NCBI GenBank assembly: GCA_965197585.1
Contig: OZ240215.1
Span: 1,056,001 to 1,120,000, forward strand
Direction of reading: 5' to 3'
DNA length: 64,000 nucleotides
Source: Dehalococcoidia bacterium
GTDB taxonomy: Bacteria; Chloroflexota; Dehalococcoidia; Plut-88900
Notes under the pieces: generated by a model
What the model was told of the DNA's origin: nothing
Seen by the model: the letters and a program-made list of their open reading frames with translations, nothing else
Databases searched by the model: none
Translations under genes and position numbers: made by a program
Shown here: positions 55,979 through 64,000 of the stretch, piece after piece
How the letters are laid out: every line of letters starts with the position of its first letter
Position numbering within the stretch: the stretch's first letter is position 1

Positions 55979-56668
55979 ATGCCCGAAAGCGAGTCGACTA
56001 TCGCAATTGACGGCCCCGGCGCGGTGGGCAAGACTACCGTCGGTAGAATGCTTTCAGAGCGCATCGGCTTCCTTTTTATTGATACGGGAGTAATGTACCG
56101 GGCAGTGACTGCCGAGGCGATTCAAAGGGACGTAGACACGGATGACGAGGATGCCGTCACCTGTCTCGCAAGGTCGGTCGACATCCGTATCACCGGGGGC
56201 CCGAGGCCGCACTCCCAGAGGGTGATGGTGGACGGCGGTGATGTAACGAACAGCATCCGCTCCCAGGCCGTCGACAGGCGCGTCTCTGCCGTTTCCAGCT
56301 ACTCAGGTGTTCGAGAGGCGATGGTCGACCAGCAGCGTGCCTTGGCGGCTCAGGAGAGAGTTGTGATGGTGGGCCGGGACGTCGGCACCGTCGTCCTGCC
56401 CGATGCAAAGCTCAAGATTTACCTGACAGCCTCTGCAGAAGCCCGAGCCAGGCGGCGTTACGCCGAGCTGCCGGATGCAGGTTCTGACGTGAGCTTCGAA
56501 TCCGTTCTCCAGGCCCTTGAACGCAGGGACAAGACCGACTCCGAAAGGGCCCATTCGCCCCTGAAACCTGCACTCGACTCCATAATCGTCGACACTTCCC
56601 ACCTCACTGCCGATCAGGTCGTCGACCGTATCATGGAGCTCTGGCGCACCGTAAACTTACAAACCTAG
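55979..56668 (+). CDS. cmk: Cytidylate kinase
   Basis: IAIDGP..VGKTT, DTGVMYRA, GRDVGTVV and RD..DS.R..SPL motifs. Confidence 0.95.
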   Translation: MPESESTIAIDGPGAVGKTTVGRMLSERIGFLFIDTGVMYRAVTAEAIQRDVDTDDEDAVTCLARSVDIRITGGPRPHSQRVMVDGGDVTNSIRSQAVDRRVSAVSSYSGVREAMVDQQRALAAQERVVMVGRDVGTVVLPDAKLKIYLTASAEARARRRYAELPDAGSDVSFESVLQALERRDKTDSERAHSPLKPALDSIIVDTSHLTADQVVDRIMELWRTVNLQT

Positions 56669-56671
56669 TCT

Positions 56672-58516
56672 ATGTGTGGAATCGTAGGATACGTGGGCAA
56701 CCGCCCCGCTGGGCCGATACTGTTCGATGCCCTCAGCCGCCTTGAATACCGAGGCTACGATAGCGCGGGAATCGCTGTCATCGACGGTACGGGCAGGGCC
56801 GTGGTGCAGAAACAGGCCGGCAAGCTGGGAGCCTTAGTAGCTAGCGTCGGAGCCCGGGTCCCTGACGGTTGTACGGGTATTGGTCATACCCGCTGGGCCA
56901 CCCACGGTAAACCAACGACCCCAAATGCCCACCCCCACTCCGACTGTACCGGTCAATTCCTGGTCGTACACAACGGCATTATCGAAAACTACCGCGTCCT
57001 TAAAGAGAGGTTGATCAAGTCTGGGCACAAGTTCACCTCGGAGACGGACTCGGAGGTGATAGCTCACCTGGTTGAGGAGAATAGGAGCGCGGGCATCGGG
57101 CTAGTGGAGGCCGTAAGGAAGAGCCTCGACCTCCTGGAAGGCGCGTTCTCGGTAGCCGTAACGGCAGCTGACGAGCCAAGCAAGATAATAGCAGCGCGGG
57201 TGGGCAACGGCGGTGGGATAGTTGTCGGCTATGGCGAGGGCGAGATGTTTCTCGCCAGCGATCTCCCAGCCATATCATCCTACGCCCGGGTCGCGGTCTA
57301 TCTGAAAAAAGGAGAGCTGGCCCTCGTCGAGCCTGATGGCGCCCGCTACTTCGATCAAATCGGCGTTCAGCTATCCCGCGTCCCCGTCCCCGTCTCCCGG
57401 GGCGACATGGTTTTTGCCAAGGGCGGCTACAGGCACTTCATGCTCAAGGAGATAATGGAGCAACCGGAGTCGCTAACCAACCTTCTCCGGGGACGCATCA
57501 ACTTCGACCCCGCAGACATCCTTCTCCCCGAACTGGCTGACGCCGCCGAAATGCTTGCGAAAACCGAACGGGTAATCATCGTAGGCATGGGCACTAGCTT
57601 GCACGCCTCCGCCGTGGGAGCCCGCATGTTCGAGGCACTGGCCCGCATCCCCGCCGAGGCGGAGAACGCCTCCGAGTTCCGCTATCGGGACCCGGTAATC
57701 AGCCCTTCAACGCTCGTGATATCCGTGTCACAGTCCGGCGAAACCGTGGACACCCTCGCGGCGATGGAGGAGGCCAAGTCCCGGGGCGCGGGCCTTGTCG
57801 CCGTAACCAACAACGAGCTGAGCCAGGCCGCCGTCCTCGCCAACGCAACGCTCGACATAAGAGCCGGTGCGGAGATCGGAGTTGCCAGCACAAAGTGTCT
57901 AACCAATTCCATATTGGCCCTTTATCTGGTAGCCTCTTACATGGGACGGGCGCGGGGCCTGATTTCCGGCGGACAGGTCAACCAAATGGTAGATGATCTG
58001 GCCAGGCTCCCGAGCCTCATAAGCCGAACCCTGGAGACTGACAACGCGGTCCGGCAAATAGCCCGGAGGCTACACAGGACCAACAATTACCTCTACCTGG
58101 GGAGGGGAATCAGCTATCCCGTAGCCATGGAAGGTGCGCTCAAGCTGAAAGAGATCAGCTACTGCCACGCCGAGGGTTACCAGGCCGGGGAGATGAAGCA
58201 CGGGCCCATAGCCCTAATTGATGAGGATATGCCCGTCGTAGCCCTGGCCCTGCAAGACCGCCTATACCCGAAAATGCTGGGCAACATCGAAGAAGTGAAG
58301 GCGCGCGATGGTAGGGTAATAGCAATCGCGACCGAAGGCGACGAGGACATAGCGGCGAGGGCCGACCACGTCATACACGTACCCCCCACCCCCGAACTTC
58401 TTTCGCCTCTCGTGTCCGTGATTCCCCTGCAGCTGTTTGCCTATCATGTCGCCGTGACCCGGGGCTGTGACGTAGACCAGCCCAGAAACCTCGCAAAATC
58501 CGTGACCGTTGAATAA
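56672..58516 (+). CDS. glmS: Glutamine-fructose-6-phosphate aminotransferase
   Basis: MCGIVG, GHTRWATHG, SQSGET and PRNLAKSVTVE motifs. Confidence 0.97.
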   Translation: MCGIVGYVGNRPAGPILFDALSRLEYRGYDSAGIAVIDGTGRAVVQKQAGKLGALVASVGARVPDGCTGIGHTRWATHGKPTTPNAHPHSDCTGQFLVVHNGIIENYRVLKERLIKSGHKFTSETDSEVIAHLVEENRSAGIGLVEAVRKSLDLLEGAFSVAVTAADEPSKIIAARVGNGGGIVVGYGEGEMFLASDLPAISSYARVAVYLKKGELALVEPDGARYFDQIGVQLSRVPVPVSRGDMVFAKGGYRHFMLKEIMEQPESLTNLLRGRINFDPADILLPELADAAEMLAKTERVIIVGMGTSLHASAVGARMFEALARIPAEAENASEFRYRDPVISPSTLVISVSQSGETVDTLAAMEEAKSRGAGLVAVTNNELSQAAVLANATLDIRAGAEIGVASTKCLTNSILALYLVASYMGRARGLISGGQVNQMVDDLARLPSLISRTLETDNAVRQIARRLHRTNNYLYLGRGISYPVAMEGALKLKEISYCHAEGYQAGEMKHGPIALIDEDMPVVALALQDRLYPKMLGNIEEVKARDGRVIAIATEGDEDIAARADHVIHVPPTPELLSPLVSVIPLQLFAYHVAVTRGCDVDQPRNLAKSVTVE

Positions 58517-58528
58517 GGAGAACGCCTG

Positions 58529-58744
58529 ATGGACATTTCCAAGTTCGGCATATACGTCAATGCCAGTGAGAAGAAGGCGGTGAGAATCAACTCACCCTAC
58601 TGGATCCCGCCCGCCGAGGAATGGACCTACCTGACCCCCGAAGTGAACATGACACTGCTAAAGATACGAGACCTTGCCAAGGAAAAAGGCCTGTCTGATT
58701 CCCCGGACGAGATAGTCTGGACCTCCATTCCCTTGCTGGACTGA
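58529..58744 (+). CDS. Small hypothetical protein
   Basis: 71 aa; AAGGAG RBS directly after glmS. Confidence 0.7.
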   Translation: MDISKFGIYVNASEKKAVRINSPYWIPPAEEWTYLTPEVNMTLLKIRDLAKEKGLSDSPDEIVWTSIPLLD

Positions 58745-58794
58745 GGACTGGCCATGATTGTGGACGTAGGAGATGATGGCGTGAGTAAAGTCGG

Positions 58795-59178
58795 GTGAGG
58801 TCGGCAAGCGGCCCGGAACGCCTGTGCCCCCGCTGCAAGGGCGGTGAGTTCAGACGAGGATTCAGCTCGGTTACCGGGTACTGGGCCGGCCAGGTTCTGG
58901 TGCCCGTAATATGCTCTCGCTGCTACTACAACGTCGGTTTCGGAATCCAGACTGCGCTTCCCCGCTTCGAACCGGCGGAGGCTGGGACACCGCAGGCTGC
59001 GGGACGAGTGCACTCGCCGGGCCCGACTCAAGACGATGGCCCACGCATGGTCTGGAGCGGAGGCCGGGTCGTCGGGCCCCTTCGCCGAGGAGCGATTCGG
59101 GACTGGGTGGTACTTGGGGCGGCTGCGCTCATAGTTGTCGGGATATTCTTCGTGTTCAGGTCTATCGGTTCAGGATAG
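58795..59178 (+). CDS. Hypothetical Zn-ribbon protein with C-terminal TM
   Basis: CPRC...CSRC; hydrophobic C-terminus; fills the gap before pckA. Confidence 0.55.
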   Translation: MRSASGPERLCPRCKGGEFRRGFSSVTGYWAGQVLVPVICSRCYYNVGFGIQTALPRFEPAEAGTPQAAGRVHSPGPTQDDGPRMVWSGGRVVGPLRRGAIRDWVVLGAAALIVVGIFFVFRSIGSG

Positions 59179-59196
59179 GAATGAGGGGAGAACTTC

Positions 59197-60756
59197 ATGA
59201 CCCAAACACCCTTGCCGAATCGTCTGGAGCGAGTAAACAGGGATGCTATCGACCGATTGAGCGAACGGGCATCTTACCTAACCCCCGAGGCTCTATGGGA
59301 AGATGCGGTGCGACACAGGGAGGCTACCGTGGGCCAAGGTGGAGTTCTGGTTGTTAGCACAGGCAAATATACGGGCCGCTCCCCCAAAGATAAATTCATC
59401 GTCAGGGAGCCAGGCTCGGAAGCCAACATATGGTGGGGCCCGGTCAACCGCTCCATGGAACAGGACACGTTCAATCGGCTGCTTACCCGTGTCCTCAATC
59501 ATCTCCGGGCCCGAGACGTCTACTACCGAGACTGCTGGATCGGCGCCGACCCCCGCCACCGGCGTCGGCTTCGCATTTTCACTGAAACTGCCTGGCACAA
59601 CCTCTTTGCCGCAAACATGTTCCTGCCCATGCCTCGGGAACAGGTGGGTCTCTCCGAGTCCGACTTCACCTTTATCCACGCCCCGGGCTTCGCCGCTGAG
59701 TCCGACAGGGACGGCACAAACTCCGAGGCCTTCATCATCATCGACTTCGGGCAGCGAATCGTCCTTATCGGTGGCTCCAGCTACGCCGGTGAAATCAAGA
59801 AATCAGCCTTCACGGTGATGAACTACCTGCTCCCCAACGAGGGCGTCCTCCCGATGCACTGCTCCGCCAACGCGGGCCCCGATGGCGACGTGGCCTTGTT
59901 CTTCGGGCTGTCAGGCACCGGAAAGACCACCCTGTCCGCCACCTCCGACAGGATGCTCATCGGAGATGACGAGCACGGCTGGACCGACGATTCGGTCTTC
60001 AATTTCGAGGGCGGCTGCTACGCCAAGGTGATCCGACTCTCAGAAGAGGCCGAACCCGAGATTTACGCCACCACCCGCCAATTTGGCGCCATCCTCGAAA
60101 ACGTGACCATAGACCTCGACACCCGCGCCCTGGACCTCGACGACGACTCTGTTACCGAAAACACCCGAGGCTCGTACCCTCTCTCCAGCATTCCTAACGC
60201 CGACCCCACGGGCGTCGCCGATGCGCCCAAAAACATCTTTTTCCTGACCGCCGACGCCTTTGGCATCATCCCTCCCATCTCCCGTCTCACTCCCGAGCAG
60301 ACCGAATACCACTTCCTGTCTGGCTACACGGCCAAGGTTGCGGGCACGGAGAGAGGGATAGTAGAGCCCGTGGCCACATTCAGCCCATGTTTCGGCGCAC
60401 CCTTCATGCCCATGCCGCCCCGAGTCTACGCCGGGATGCTGGCCCGCAAGCTCGAAGGCTCCAGCGTGAACGTCTGGCTGGTCAACACCGGCTGGACGGG
60501 AGGCCCCTATGGAGTGGGGCATCGTATGAAGATCCAATACACCCGGGCGATGGTGCGCGCCGCCCTTAACGGCGCCCTTGCTTCTGTCCCGACCGAGGTC
60601 GACCCCGTGTTCGGCCTGCAGGTCCCGGTTAGCTGCCCCGGCGTACCCTCGGAGGCGCTCCGGGCTCGGGACACCTGGGCCGACCCTCATGCCTATGACC
60701 GGCAGGCTCAGAAGCTTCTAGCCATGTTCAACGACAACTTCCGCAAGTTTGGCTAG
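59197..60756 (+). CDS. pckA: Phosphoenolpyruvate carboxykinase (ATP)
   Basis: TGRSPKDK, YAGEIKK, MHCSAN, GLSGTGKTT, IGDDEHGW and FEGGCYAK motifs. Confidence 0.97.
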   Translation: MTQTPLPNRLERVNRDAIDRLSERASYLTPEALWEDAVRHREATVGQGGVLVVSTGKYTGRSPKDKFIVREPGSEANIWWGPVNRSMEQDTFNRLLTRVLNHLRARDVYYRDCWIGADPRHRRRLRIFTETAWHNLFAANMFLPMPREQVGLSESDFTFIHAPGFAAESDRDGTNSEAFIIIDFGQRIVLIGGSSYAGEIKKSAFTVMNYLLPNEGVLPMHCSANAGPDGDVALFFGLSGTGKTTLSATSDRMLIGDDEHGWTDDSVFNFEGGCYAKVIRLSEEAEPEIYATTRQFGAILENVTIDLDTRALDLDDDSVTENTRGSYPLSSIPNADPTGVADAPKNIFFLTADAFGIIPPISRLTPEQTEYHFLSGYTAKVAGTERGIVEPVATFSPCFGAPFMPMPPRVYAGMLARKLEGSSVNVWLVNTGWTGGPYGVGHRMKIQYTRAMVRAALNGALASVPTEVDPVFGLQVPVSCPGVPSEALRARDTWADPHAYDRQAQKLLAMFNDNFRKFG

Positions 60757-60800
60757 CCGGTGCCCCGAGCACGAAACCCAATGAACCGGCGAGTCCCGCA

Positions 60801-61706
60801 GTGATGGGCCAACTGGTAAGCCTCCTCGCCGCGATGCGGCCCAGGCAGTGGACCAAGAACTTTGTTGTCTTTCTGCCCATGGCCTTCACCATCAACCTGG
60901 CCTGGGACCCGGGCAACGTCGGCGAAGTGCTCGACATCCTCGCTTCAGCGGCGTCGGCCTTCGGCCTGTTCTGCCTCCTCTCCTCCGCCGTCTACCTACT
61001 CAACGATCTCGCCGACGCCGAGAAAGACCGCCTTCACCCGAAGAAAGCCTCGAGGGGCGTGGCCTCGGGCCGGTTGTCCAAGGGGCTTGCCGCATTCGCT
61101 GCGATGCTCTTTGTCGGTGCGGCGTTGCCCCTCGGCTTTCTTGTCGAAGTCAGCTACGGCTGGGCCCAACTCGCCTATGTGGGGATATCTGTCGTTTACA
61201 TAAGCATAGTGCGTCAGCTGGTAATTCTTGACGTGTTCGCAATATCGGCGGGGTTCATTGTGCGTGCCGCCGCCGGGGCCCTGGTCATTTCCGCCGACCC
61301 TTCACCCTGGCTATACATCTGCACGGGGCTCGGGGCCCTGTTCATCGGGTTTGCCAAGCGGCGGCAGGAGATGCTGACGCTGAAAGAAGATGGAACAGAG
61401 CATCGGGCCAGCCTGGGCGGCTACTCCCTCCCGATGCTCGACCATCTCATCACTATGCTCATGGCCTCCACCCTCATCGCATACATCCTCTACACCTTCA
61501 CCGCCGACAACCTGCCTCCCAACGATGCCATGATGTTCACGATCCCTTTCGTGGCCTTTGGCATAGCCCGCTATTTCTACCTGATTCACGCCAAACAGGC
61601 GGGCGGCAACCCCGAGGATATCCTGCTCAAGGACGTGCCGATTTTGCTGTCGGTGGCGGGCTGGCTGGCGGCAACTGTGGGCATCCTGCTGGCCTACCGG
61701 GAGTGA
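60801..61706 (+). CDS. UbiA prenyltransferase family (decaprenyl-phosphate phosphoribosyltransferase-like)
   Basis: RPRQWTKN, YLLNDLAD...DRLHPKK and KRRQE motifs; multi-TM. Confidence 0.9.
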   Translation: MMGQLVSLLAAMRPRQWTKNFVVFLPMAFTINLAWDPGNVGEVLDILASAASAFGLFCLLSSAVYLLNDLADAEKDRLHPKKASRGVASGRLSKGLAAFAAMLFVGAALPLGFLVEVSYGWAQLAYVGISVVYISIVRQLVILDVFAISAGFIVRAAAGALVISADPSPWLYICTGLGALFIGFAKRRQEMLTLKEDGTEHRASLGGYSLPMLDHLITMLMASTLIAYILYTFTADNLPPNDAMMFTIPFVAFGIARYFYLIHAKQAGGNPEDILLKDVPILLSVAGWLAATVGILLAYRE

Positions 61707-61791
61707 GGTGATCCCCCACCCCCGCGCCTCGCTCGACCCTCCGATGCTCTCGGCCAAAGGCGGACTCACAGCCCGATCGGGGCCGGGAATG

Positions 61792-61808
61792 ATCCGCCTG
61801 AGGCGGAC
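61792..61808. repeat. Short palindromic REP-like element, also present inside rnpB (30965-30981)
   Basis: ATCCGCCTGAGGCGGAC is the exact reverse complement of GTCCGCCTCAGGCGGAT in rnpB. Confidence 0.5.
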
Positions 61809-61828
61809 AGGCTCCCCTCGGGGGGGGG

Positions 61829-63217
61829 TTATTCATAGCCTTTTCTGAGGCGGCCGGTGGCGCGGCGGGGGATGTAGTGGGAGGCGTGGACGAGGAGGGC
61901 GAGGGAGGATAGGAAGTCATCGTGGCCTTGGGATGGTTCTACGAAGAAGTTGATGGTCTGGTTGGGTCTGATTACGCTCCTTGCCTTAGAGATTTGGGAC
62001 CAGAATTCTTGGGACTCGGGGGAGCCGTCGGGCTTGTAGATTTGGAGCCTGCCGGAGTTGACAGAGGCCAAGAGGTCAAAGCCGAGGTCGGACTTGCTGC
62101 GGGCGGTGAAGGTGAAAGGTTTGACGATGGAAGATCCTAGACGTTTGCGCAGGAAGGCGGCGACGCCTGCGCCTATACCGGTGGCGTCGACGATAACTCT
62201 GCGGCAGCCCCATTTTTCTTTGAGGATGTGGACGAGGGACGAGAAAATCTCGGTATGGGGCCTGCCCGTCCACCAGTGGTGCTCGACTACCCGAAGGGAG
62301 GGGAGCACGAACCCGCTTCCGTCGTCGAGCGAACAGAGTTCGCCAATGGTGACGACGGTGGAGTCCCGTAAGGGCTCGTTGGCCCTGAGCCCGCCGTTAG
62401 CGGGCCCGTCTGACTCGCCAGCAAGGTCTATGCCGGCGACGTATGTGCGCTGAGCAAGGGGAACGCGTAAGCGGCAGTGGTTGCCTTGGAGAAGGGCCAG
62501 CCGCGTATTATCCAGGAACCTTCCATCGTTGGAGACGGGAGTGAGGCAGTACTGGGAGAGGAAAAGGGGGTGATCGCTACCGAGGCGGACCCGTTCAGCC
62601 TCGACGTAGCGTTTGTAGTGAGGGTTGAATTTGGCGACGGCCTGCCAGTCGAACTCGAAGTGGCGGCGGATGCCGTCTGAGCGTTGGAGTTCGAGGTTTG
62701 ACTGCTTGGACTGTTCGAGGAGGGAGTCTTCGTCCCAGGCGGTGCCGTAGTGGACGGTGGTGACGTTGGAGGATGCACCCATAGGCATGAAGTCTCGGTT
62801 GAACTTATCAGGAGATACGTCCTGGGATTCATCTACTTCCAATAGTGTGTCGGCGGTGTTGCCGACGACGTTGCTGGAGGGGTGGGCACTGAGAAATAAC
62901 TGGCGGGCGCGGTGTAAGTGAAAAGTGCGGCCGAGCTTGGAGTAATAGGGGGCTAGGCAGGCGCGGTCCATGACCTGTTGGAGGCGAGAGATGCTGATGT
63001 TGACCTGCGGGTCAAAGGTAGGTGCGGCCTTGATGGCGGCACCACCGACCTGGGAGAAGGCAGTAAGCAGGTAAGCCTCAATATGGGCGGATAGCTCGTT
63101 CTTGCCGCCCTGTCGGGCGATCATGACGGAGAAGGATAGGCCCTTGCGATGGCGGACGCTATCGATGACGGCAGTGGCTATCTCCTGCTGGTAGGGCCTG
63201 AGATCGTGAAGGGTCAC
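61829..63217 (-). CDS. Phage terminase large subunit-like protein
   Basis: LRPYQ Q-motif, ARQGGKNE Walker A, LEVDE Walker B, YGT coupling motif; RNase H-like nuclease GIDLA, VDATGIG, HDD. GTG 63217 overlaps the upstream stop. Confidence 0.85.
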   Translation of the reverse strand: MTLHDLRPYQQEIATAVIDSVRHRKGLSFSVMIARQGGKNELSAHIEAYLLTAFSQVGGAAIKAAPTFDPQVNISISRLQQVMDRACLAPYYSKLGRTFHLHRARQLFLSAHPSSNVVGNTADTLLEVDESQDVSPDKFNRDFMPMGASSNVTTVHYGTAWDEDSLLEQSKQSNLELQRSDGIRRHFEFDWQAVAKFNPHYKRYVEAERVRLGSDHPLFLSQYCLTPVSNDGRFLDNTRLALLQGNHCRLRVPLAQRTYVAGIDLAGESDGPANGGLRANEPLRDSTVVTIGELCSLDDGSGFVLPSLRVVEHHWWTGRPHTEIFSSLVHILKEKWGCRRVIVDATGIGAGVAAFLRKRLGSSIVKPFTFTARSKSDLGFDLLASVNSGRLQIYKPDGSPESQEFWSQISKARSVIRPNQTINFFVEPSQGHDDFLSSLALLVHASHYIPRRATGRLRKGYE

Positions 63218-63435
63218 CAAGGGGTGACTCCGGCGATGCCGAATACGAACTGGAGCATGGCGGCGACCATTACGAAGAAGAAGAGGATGTTGATGCGGCC
63301 CTTGACCTCGGCGACCTGCTGTTGAAGTTCTGCGAGACGCATTTCAAGGACGGCGTCGAAGGTGGATTCGGGCCGGATGGCGGGAGGCGCGACGGTGTGG
63401 GGTTTGCGGTTGAATATGTTCATCGGGTTAATCAT
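63214..63435 (-). CDS. Small coiled-coil + C-terminal TM protein (holin/hemolysin XhlA-like architecture)
   Basis: RLAELQQQVAEVKGRIN followed by a hydrophobic helix; coupled to both neighbours by 4-nt overlaps. Confidence 0.65.
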   Translation of the reverse strand: MINPMNIFNRKPHTVAPPAIRPESTFDAVLEMRLAELQQQVAEVKGRINILFFFVMVAAMLQFVFGIAGVTPW

Positions 63436-63830
63436 GCGTTTTCGTTCCAGGGGATTCTGTCGAGTCCCAGAGTGTCGGTGGCTTCTCTGAGCATGTTCTC
63501 GATGGCCTTGCCGTCAGGGTCCTGGGAGTCTCCAGAGGCACGTATCTTGGCGGCGTAGGCGCGGATAAGGAGTTCGATAACCTTGAGTATTCGGGGCTCG
63601 TTTTTGACTATATTGACAAGGAGTCCTCTGAGGCGAAAACGGAGGAAGGCGACTTCCTGGTCGATTCCTTCGATCACCCCTGCTTCTGCGAGGACTTCTC
63701 TCATTTCATCGATCAACACAGAACCGTAGAAGGAGTCACCCGGGACGCCGGGATTGCGGGCGCGGCGACCCCGGGGTTCCTTGGACTCGGGGCGCGGGTT
63801 GGGTAGGGGGTTGGGGGTCTTTCTGGTCAT
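63432..63830 (-). CDS. Putative terminase small subunit
   Basis: Basic N-terminus (RGRRARN...FY), then helical GIDQEVAFLR; sits upstream of the large subunit; GAAAGGA RBS. Confidence 0.55.
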   Translation of the reverse strand: MTRKTPNPLPNPRPESKEPRGRRARNPGVPGDSFYGSVLIDEMREVLAEAGVIEGIDQEVAFLRFRLRGLLVNIVKNEPRILKVIELLIRAYAAKIRASGDSQDPDGKAIENMLREATDTLGLDRIPWNENA

Positions 63831-63912
63831 TCGGCAGTCCTTTCGATCTTTTCGTCAATTCAGCTTGTTCCGGCAAGGGGCCCGGCCCTTATGCGGGCCC
63901 GAGTCGGAGTGC

Positions 63913-63942
63913 AATATAGAATATGTGTACTAGGTTAGTCAA
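63913..63942 (-). promoter_or_regulatory. sigma70-type promoter of the terminase operon with LexA-like box in the spacer
   Basis: Minus strand TTGACT-18 nt-TATATT. AGAAT-ATGT-GTACT (63918-63931) resembles the Gram-positive/Chloroflexi GAAC-N4-GTTC box, with 2 core mismatches. Confidence 0.55.
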
Positions 63943-64000
63943 TGGGTCCGTGTCACTTTTGGGTGGCGGGCTCGCGCGAACCGATCCTACGGGAGGAGAG

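Noticed and set aside
56600-56672. glmS ribozyme
   Set aside because: glmS starts 3 nt after the cmk stop, leaving no leader.
59800-63830. Sharp switch from C-rich to G-rich + strand near 61750 as a replication origin or pac signature
   Set aside because: The switch coincides with convergent genes, and coding strands elsewhere in the window are also C-rich. No DnaA-box cluster or AT-rich unwinding element was seen. A genome-wide skew plot would be needed.

Overview
This is a high-GC bacterial chromosomal segment. Gene content (many paralogous amidohydrolases, CoxL-like molybdoenzyme, DtxR, DUF5679, Gram-positive-type LexA-like box) suggests Chloroflexota, possibly Dehalococcoidia/SAR202; that assignment is inference. 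Core loci are ssrA-smpB, ctpA, Zn-ribbon-rnhA-rnpB, tRNA-Pro(UGG), sbcC, a DtxR-controlled Fe3+ ABC transporter, cmk, glmS, pckA and a UbiA-family gene. Catabolic enzymes and small accessory insertions lie between them. Four candidates stand out. (1) A Ppx/GppA gene is followed by two tandem thymidylate-kinase-like paralogs, one with a degenerate P-loop, which fits a bacterial heteromeric 'family 3' polyphosphate kinase module. (2) A three-gene terminase operon has no portal, capsid or integrase next to it and has a LexA-like box inside its promoter, suggesting a domesticated or GTA-like packaging module. (3) A GrdB/PrdB-family selenoprotein is split in the ORF track at an in-frame UGA; it has a SECIS-like hairpin and an unusual U-x-x-D motif, and is flanked by a 37-bp direct repeat. 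(4) A PLD-nuclease/P-loop ATPase fusion sits next to rtcB. The ORF track gives 29472..30173 on the wrong strand (it is +) and misses several small ORFs. No CRISPR array, integrase or transposase was seen. All family calls come from motif recognition, not database searches.
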